This document shows, piece by piece, positions 59,572 through 64,000 of a stretch of 64,000 nt of DNA. The position numbers and the translations under genes are program-made. The DNA comes from Lachnospiraceae bacterium (GTDB lineage Bacteria; Bacillota; Clostridia; Lachnospirales; Lachnospiraceae). The stretch's first letter is position 1. Every line of letters starts with the position of its first letter. The DNA lies in assembly GCA_017617545.1 (NCBI GenBank), contig JAFZVZ010000006.1, forward strand, positions 5,918 to 69,917. Direction: 5' to 3'. The notes under the pieces are model-generated. The model had not been told where the DNA came from, made no database searches, and saw only the letters and a list, made by a program, of their open reading frames with translations.

Positions 59572-60501
59572 TCACTGAACCATCAGCAACAGTCTCTCGC
59601 TCAAAGCCTCGTATTTTCTCAGTAAGATCAGTCGTACGGGCTCAAGCACGAGCACCACAAAAAGCATTCCCGCCAGTTCCCAGTGCAGGAACATGCAGAG
59701 CAACAAAACCGCGGTGCGCAGATTGAACGTGAGCAGGTTCGTCAGCTTCACAAGCTTGCTGCTCTCCGCGTAAAATGCCTCGCGAAGCTCCTCGTTCTTG
59801 CCGTGAACCTCGATCGCGTCCAAAAACGTCTGCGTCTTCGGCGCGCGGCGCTCCTGCGCGTGCGTATAGTTGTAATAACAAAACTTCGAAAAATGATCGA
59901 ACGTGCCCTTCTTCGCCTGCTCCAGCTCCGCCTTCACGTGTTTGCCGCGGGACAGCTCATTTCCCTTGGAATTGTCGATCATGAACATGTGAAGGTTCTT
60001 GAAATAATCGGGCAGCTGGCACTGCGCGACGTAGAGCACGAACGTTACAATGCCGAGGATGGGCAGGAACACATGCCACAGCACCGTGTCGCTGCAATCC
60101 CAGAGCCGCACGACACAGGCCAGGTAAAGCGTCAGATAGACCGATGCGTCGCTCATGCCGTCCAGCATGCGCCCGAGACGGCTGTAATGCTTCGTGAGAC
60201 GCGCTACCTGTCCGTCGCTCGCGTCAAATACCGCCGAGTGGAACACTAATATCGCTCCGACCAGATCCAGCCAGAACGACCGGTTCATGATCAGCAGCAC
60301 ACCGCCCGCGATACCCGAGATCATGGCCATTATGGTCACTACGTTCGGTATGATATGTAAAGCAATAAACATCTTGGACCAGACCATGGCATAGTAGTCG
60401 ATGAAATAGGTATCCACGGGGTCGTTGATGTTCTCACATTTACGCGCCGCCAGAACTTCCTCCCTGACGGAACGCGTTCCCTCTTTTTTGTTATCGCTCA
60501 T
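59572..60501 (-). CDS. CDP-alcohol phosphatidyltransferase-family membrane enzyme
   Basis: Exact family motif DGx2ARx8Gx3Dx3D in DASDGQVARLTKHYSRLGRMLDGMSDA. Polytopic. Confidence 0.85.
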   Translation of the reverse strand: MSDNKKEGTRSVREEVLAARKCENINDPVDTYFIDYYAMVWSKMFIALHIIPNVVTIMAMISGIAGGVLLIMNRSFWLDLVGAILVFHSAVFDASDGQVARLTKHYSRLGRMLDGMSDASVYLTLYLACVVRLWDCSDTVLWHVFLPILGIVTFVLYVAQCQLPDYFKNLHMFMIDNSKGNELSRGKHVKAELEQAKKGTFDHFSKFCYYNYTHAQERRAPKTQTFLDAIEVHGKNEELREAFYAESSKLVKLTNLLTFNLRTAVLLLCMFLHWELAGMLFVVLVLEPVRLILLRKYEALSERLLLMVQ

Positions 60502-60537
60502 AGTTTTCCCCCTGCACTGCGCCGGTGACGCGGACTG

Positions 60538-60595
60538 CTCTTTGCATGAGCGGACATCGTCCGCTCATGCAAAGAGCCCCGCCTCAGCGGGGCTC
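60538..60595 (-). terminator. Two abutting hairpins downstream of the cold-shock gene
   Basis: gagccccgc/gcggggctc (60574-60595) and ctctttgcatgagcgga/tccgctcatgcaaagag (60538-60576). Only a 3-nt U stretch follows the first on the minus strand. Confidence 0.5.
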
Positions 60596-60618
60596 TCGTC
60601 ATCGTTTCGGTTGTTCAA

Positions 60619-60828
60619 TTACAGAGGCTTAACGTTGATCGCACGAAGCTTCTTGGCATCCTTAGGATCCTGCTCCGTCTCGAACGAAACCTGCTGTCCC
60701 TCTTCCAGAGTCTTGTAGCCCTCGGTCTGGATAGCGGAGAAATGTACGAAAACATCCTCGCCGCCCTCAGCATTGCTGATGAAACCATAACCCTTCTGAG
60801 CATTGAACCACTTCACTGTACCAGTCAT
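60619..60828 (-). CDS. Cold-shock protein (CspA family)
   Basis: [17 protein letters not shown]...DVFVHFSAI carries the RNP1/RNP2 motifs. 69 aa. Confidence 0.95.
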   Translation of the reverse strand: MTGTVKWFNAQKGYGFISNAEGGEDVFVHFSAIQTEGYKTLEEGQQVSFETEQDPKDAKKLRAINVKPL

Positions 60829-60973
60829 GAACCAGTACCTCCTTAATAAGTATACGCATCATCCGGTTGTTTTGTTCTTCCGGAAACAATTCCTTGAAAC
60901 AAAAGCAAACTGCTCAAAACAAAGAAGTCCTAAAGGTGGGCTGTTTGCTTGGCATATCCTGACTGCTTTTTAT

Positions 60974-61002
60974 AAATTACCATAAAGCTCGGCGTTCGTC
61001 AA
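60974..61002 (-). promoter_or_regulatory. Putative promoter of the csp gene, leaving a roughly 140-nt 5' UTR
   Basis: Minus strand reads TTGACG, 17 nt ending TGg, then TAATTT, within an AT-rich region. Confidence 0.4.
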
Positions 61003-61149
61003 TAATTCTGCATTAATTATTTAATAATTTTTTCACTGTTTTTTCACGATTTCTTCGAAAACTTTCGCTCTTCAACAGCGCTCTTTGCAAGGGCAATCCG
61101 CGGTCACACGCAAGGTCCCGCGCCTCTGCATGATTTTTCGAAAAATTCA

Positions 61150-62760
61150 TTACTCACACTCGCGGACCGCCTTCTTCACGGCAAGCAGCGAATTCGGCGC
61201 CACCGACAGGGAATCCACTCCCATCCGCAGCAGCTCTGCGGTCGCCGTGACATCCGCCGCCAGCTCGCCGCAGACGCACACCGAAACATCCTTTTCACGG
61301 GCCTCGCGGACCACGTGCGCGATCAGTCTCGTCACCGCCTCGTGGTGCGGGTCATAGTACGGCGCGACCGCGTAATTCTGCCGGTCCGCCGCAAGCACAT
61401 ACTGCGTCAGATCGTTCGTTCCGATGCTGAAGAAATCCACGTACCCCGCCAGCCGGTCGCACACGATCGCCGCTGCCGGCGTCTCGATCATGATGCCGCG
61501 CTCCACCTCACCGAGCGCGACACCCGCCTGCAGAAGCCTCTCGCGCTCCTCGCGGAACATCTCGTCCACGCGGCGGATCTCCCACTCCGCGGAGATCATC
61601 GGGTACAGCACGCGCACCGTGCCGAACGCGCTCGCCCGCAGGATCGCGCGCAGCTGCGCGCGGAACGGTTCCTCCTCCGCGAGGCTGATGCGGATCGCGC
61701 GGAACCCCAGATCCGGGTTTCTCTCCTCCGGCAAATGCATATACTCCGCCCGCTTGTCGGCTCCGAGGTCGAAGGTGCGGATCGTCACGGGACGGCCCTG
61801 CATCGTCGCCACAATGTTGCGGTACGCCGCGAGCTGCTCCTCCTCCGTCGGGTACTCGCTTCCGCCGAGGCAGAGGAATTCACTTCGGAACAGACCGATC
61901 CCGTCGGCGCCGAGTTCCGCGGCCAGCGCTGCGTCGGCCGCGCAGCTGACGTTACACAGAAGCGGCACTCTCACGCCCGACTTCGTCTCGGACGGCAGCG
62001 GCAACAATGCCGCCAGCTCCTCATCCTTCGCCCTCTCCGTCCTGAGTTTGTCCTCGTACACGGCGAGCGTCTCGGCATCCGGATCGACGATCAGAAGACC
62101 GTGCTCGCCGTCGATCACGGCCGTGCAGCCATTCCACTCCTCGCGGATGGCAACGCCGGTGATCGCCGGAAGGTTCATCGTTCTCGCCAGGATGGCAGCG
62201 TGAGAATTTTCCGAACCGCGGTGCGTGACGAGACCGAGGATCAGCGAAGCGTCCAGCTGCATCGTCTCGCCCGGTCCGAGCTCCTCCGCCATCAGGATCA
62301 CAGGCTCCGAGATCGCGCTCTCGCGGTGGTTGCCCAAAAGCTGGTCCGTCAGACGGTCCGAGATCTCGCGGATATCAGCGCTTCTCGCTTGGAAGAACGG
62401 GTCCTCCATCTGCGCGAGCATCTGCGCGTAGTGCCGCCCGGTAGCGGCAACCGCGTACGCGGCCGTCACATGCTCGTTGCGGATCATGCTCTCAACCATG
62501 CCGCTGTACGCCTCATCCTCGATCATCATCGCGTGGATCTCGAATGTGTGCGCCAGCAGCTCGCCCACCTTGTCCACAGCTTTCTTATACAGTTCATGCA
62601 GCTGCCCGATCACCTCTGCCTTGGCATCACGGTACGCGGCGAGCTCCGCGTCGGCATCCTCCGCCGTCGCGCGGCACAGCTCCGGACGGTCCGCCTGCAT
62701 AAACAGGATTTTCCCGATCGCCAGCCTCTTATGGATCGATTGTCCCGAAATCGTGATCAT
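61150..62760 (-). CDS. ptsI: Phosphoenolpyruvate-protein phosphotransferase (PTS enzyme I)
   Basis: Phospho-histidine region GLVTHRGSENSHAAILAR and PEP-utilizer C-terminus FFSIGTNDLTQY. Start trimmed to ATG 62760 (MITISGQSI). Confidence 0.9.
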   Translation of the reverse strand: MITISGQSIHKRLAIGKILFMQADRPELCRATAEDADAELAAYRDAKAEVIGQLHELYKKAVDKVGELLAHTFEIHAMMIEDEAYSGMVESMIRNEHVTAAYAVAATGRHYAQMLAQMEDPFFQARSADIREISDRLTDQLLGNHRESAISEPVILMAEELGPGETMQLDASLILGLVTHRGSENSHAAILARTMNLPAITGVAIREEWNGCTAVIDGEHGLLIVDPDAETLAVYEDKLRTERAKDEELAALLPLPSETKSGVRVPLLCNVSCAADAALAAELGADGIGLFRSEFLCLGGSEYPTEEEQLAAYRNIVATMQGRPVTIRTFDLGADKRAEYMHLPEERNPDLGFRAIRISLAEEEPFRAQLRAILRASAFGTVRVLYPMISAEWEIRRVDEMFREERERLLQAGVALGEVERGIMIETPAAAIVCDRLAGYVDFFSIGTNDLTQYVLAADRQNYAVAPYYDPHHEAVTRLIAHVVREAREKDVSVCVCGELAADVTATAELLRMGVDSLSVAPNSLLAVKKAVRECE

Positions 62761-62974
62761 TTTCCTAATCCTTCCCCTGATACGCACACCCGCCCCAAAC
62801 GGGCACCATGGCAGCGCCCTCTTCCGCGGCCACCCCTGCCGCGGTGCGATGCCTTTCATTCAGTATACCTTTCTCCGGTTCCGAACGCAACGGAAAATGA
62901 GGGAAACCCGCGTTCTTTGTGCACATTTTCCACGATGCGGCCGAGAGCGGCCGTCTTTTCGTTCATTGTAACCC

Positions 62975-63003
62975 TTGAAGCGCTCCCTGCACTGTGGTAT
63001 ATT
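62975..63003 (+). promoter_or_regulatory. Putative promoter of the lipoprotein gene
   Basis: TTGAAG, 17 nt ending TGg, then TATATT. Confidence 0.4.
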
Positions 63004-63081
63004 TATTTCGTGCGCCGTTACGGCACACAAAGATTAATACGGTGTCTTTCGGACACCGGTACGCAAAGGAGATTAGGCAAT

Positions 63082-63846
63082 ATGAAAAAAGTAAGCAGAA
63101 TTCTTCTTGCAGTGCTTGCTCTGAGCATGATGACCATCCTGTTCACGGCATGCGGCAAGGATGATGACGGTGACTCCAAGAAGTCGGCGAAAGACAAGCA
63201 GGCTGATTACGAGGCTCTTCTCAAGGATGCTTCCAAGATTGATTTCACGGGCAAAGGTGCTCAGGCGCTCGCAGAGTCCAAGGGCATCAAGATTGACGAG
63301 ACGGTTGCCGAGAACGGCGACTTCCAGTCCGTAATGGGCAGCGACAAGTTCAACCTCACCATCACCAACGTCGGCGGCAAGGTTTATGTCAAGGGTTTCT
63401 ACAACGACAAGGACGGCAACAAGCAGGAGTTCGCATACAGCGTTCCTGAGGGTTCCACCATCGGCGACAAGGAAAGCACTCTTTCCGTAGATCCCTCCGG
63501 CGTCGCTACCTTCATCAAGGATGAGAACGGCAACGCAGTTTCTGACTTCAGCGATGTCAAGTACGTGAAGACCGAGGGCGGCAAGGACTATGTCACCGCT
63601 ACGATCACGACCAAGGGCGACGATCCCGAGTCCATTCCCGCAACGCTTCTGTTCGATGAGAAGACGCAGAAGCTCGCAGGCCTGATCATTAAGCCTGAAG
63701 GCGGCGAGATGACCGTAAACTTCGGCTCTTTCAACCTCACTGTTGACGCTTCCGCTTACACGGAAGGTACCGAGACGGAGATCATGACCGCAATGCTCAG
63801 CGCTATGGCAAGCGCAGGTACGGAAGGCGGGGACGACGAGGAGTAA
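63082..63846 (+). CDS. Hypothetical secreted lipoprotein
   Basis: MKKVSRILLAVLALSMMTILFTAC lipobox, RBS AAAGGAGA. Only the 3' end of track ORF 61315..63846 is genuine. Confidence 0.75.
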   Translation: MKKVSRILLAVLALSMMTILFTACGKDDDGDSKKSAKDKQADYEALLKDASKIDFTGKGAQALAESKGIKIDETVAENGDFQSVMGSDKFNLTITNVGGKVYVKGFYNDKDGNKQEFAYSVPEGSTIGDKESTLSVDPSGVATFIKDENGNAVSDFSDVKYVKTEGGKDYVTATITTKGDDPESIPATLLFDEKTQKLAGLIIKPEGGEMTVNFGSFNLTVDASAYTEGTETEIMTAMLSAMASAGTEGGDDEE

Positions 63847-63901
63847 TCTCCCGGACGATCCGCATCGGATCAACACGTTTCATAAACGCAACGTAAACAG
63901 A

Positions 63902-63951
63902 ACGGCCTGCCGCATTTTCCGCAACCGCGGGACATGCGCAGGCCGTTTTTC
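63902..63951 (+). terminator. Intrinsic terminator after the lipoprotein gene
   Basis: acggcctgccgcat ... atgcgcaggccgt (one bulge) followed by ttttt. Confidence 0.5.
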
Positions 63952-64000
63952 ATCGTCTTCTCATCGACTTCTTCGGAAAATAAAGTCATTGACATTTTCC

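Overview
High-GC, Firmicutes/Clostridia-like chromosomal segment: AGGAGG-type ribosome-binding sites, secA-prfB adjacency, many 4-nt ATGA gene overlaps. I support 52 protein-coding genes, mostly on the minus strand. I recognised no rRNA, tRNA, CRISPR array, transposase or integrase. Housekeeping core: trkH/trkA, potABCD, uvrB-uvrA, prfB, secA, trxB, cvfB, comFC, recD2, mreB, a cold-shock protein gene and ptsI. Accessory modules worth a second look: (1) an OmpR regulator followed by two paralogous histidine kinases, each with an extra 2-TM hairpin after the ATPase domain, plus a CX5R phosphatase (12.8-18.2 kb); (2) a 745-aa split-GNAT/unknown/2-TM protein translationally coupled to an ECF-S-component-like membrane protein, just downstream of potABCD (23.0-26.0 kb); (3) a string of NYN-domain/RG-rich protein, GNAT, anchored YD-like protein and EcsC-SHOCT protein appended to uvrA-yfbR (26.1-30.6 kb); (4) a 15-bp x4 tandem repeat between uvrB and uvrA; (5) a visibly AT-rich 0.4-kb non-coding island upstream of secA with a DnaA-box cluster and an orphan intrinsic terminator (40.26-40.73 kb); (6) two tandem paralogous ECF-sigma/membrane-partner pairs, one partner carrying about 15 extracellular 21-residue leucine-rich repeats (40.7-45.0 kb); (7) a 2-aminoethylphosphonate gene cluster extended by a CDP-alcohol phosphatidyltransferase and a flippase-like protein, suggesting a phosphonolipid or phosphonylated-envelope pathway (53.6-60.5 kb). 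All family calls rest on motifs I recognised by eye in the supplied translations. No alignments, HMM searches or folding calculations were run. Many long ORFs in the track are antisense shadow ORFs typical of GC-rich DNA and were discarded. Several track ORFs were trimmed to internal start codons that have good ribosome-binding sites.
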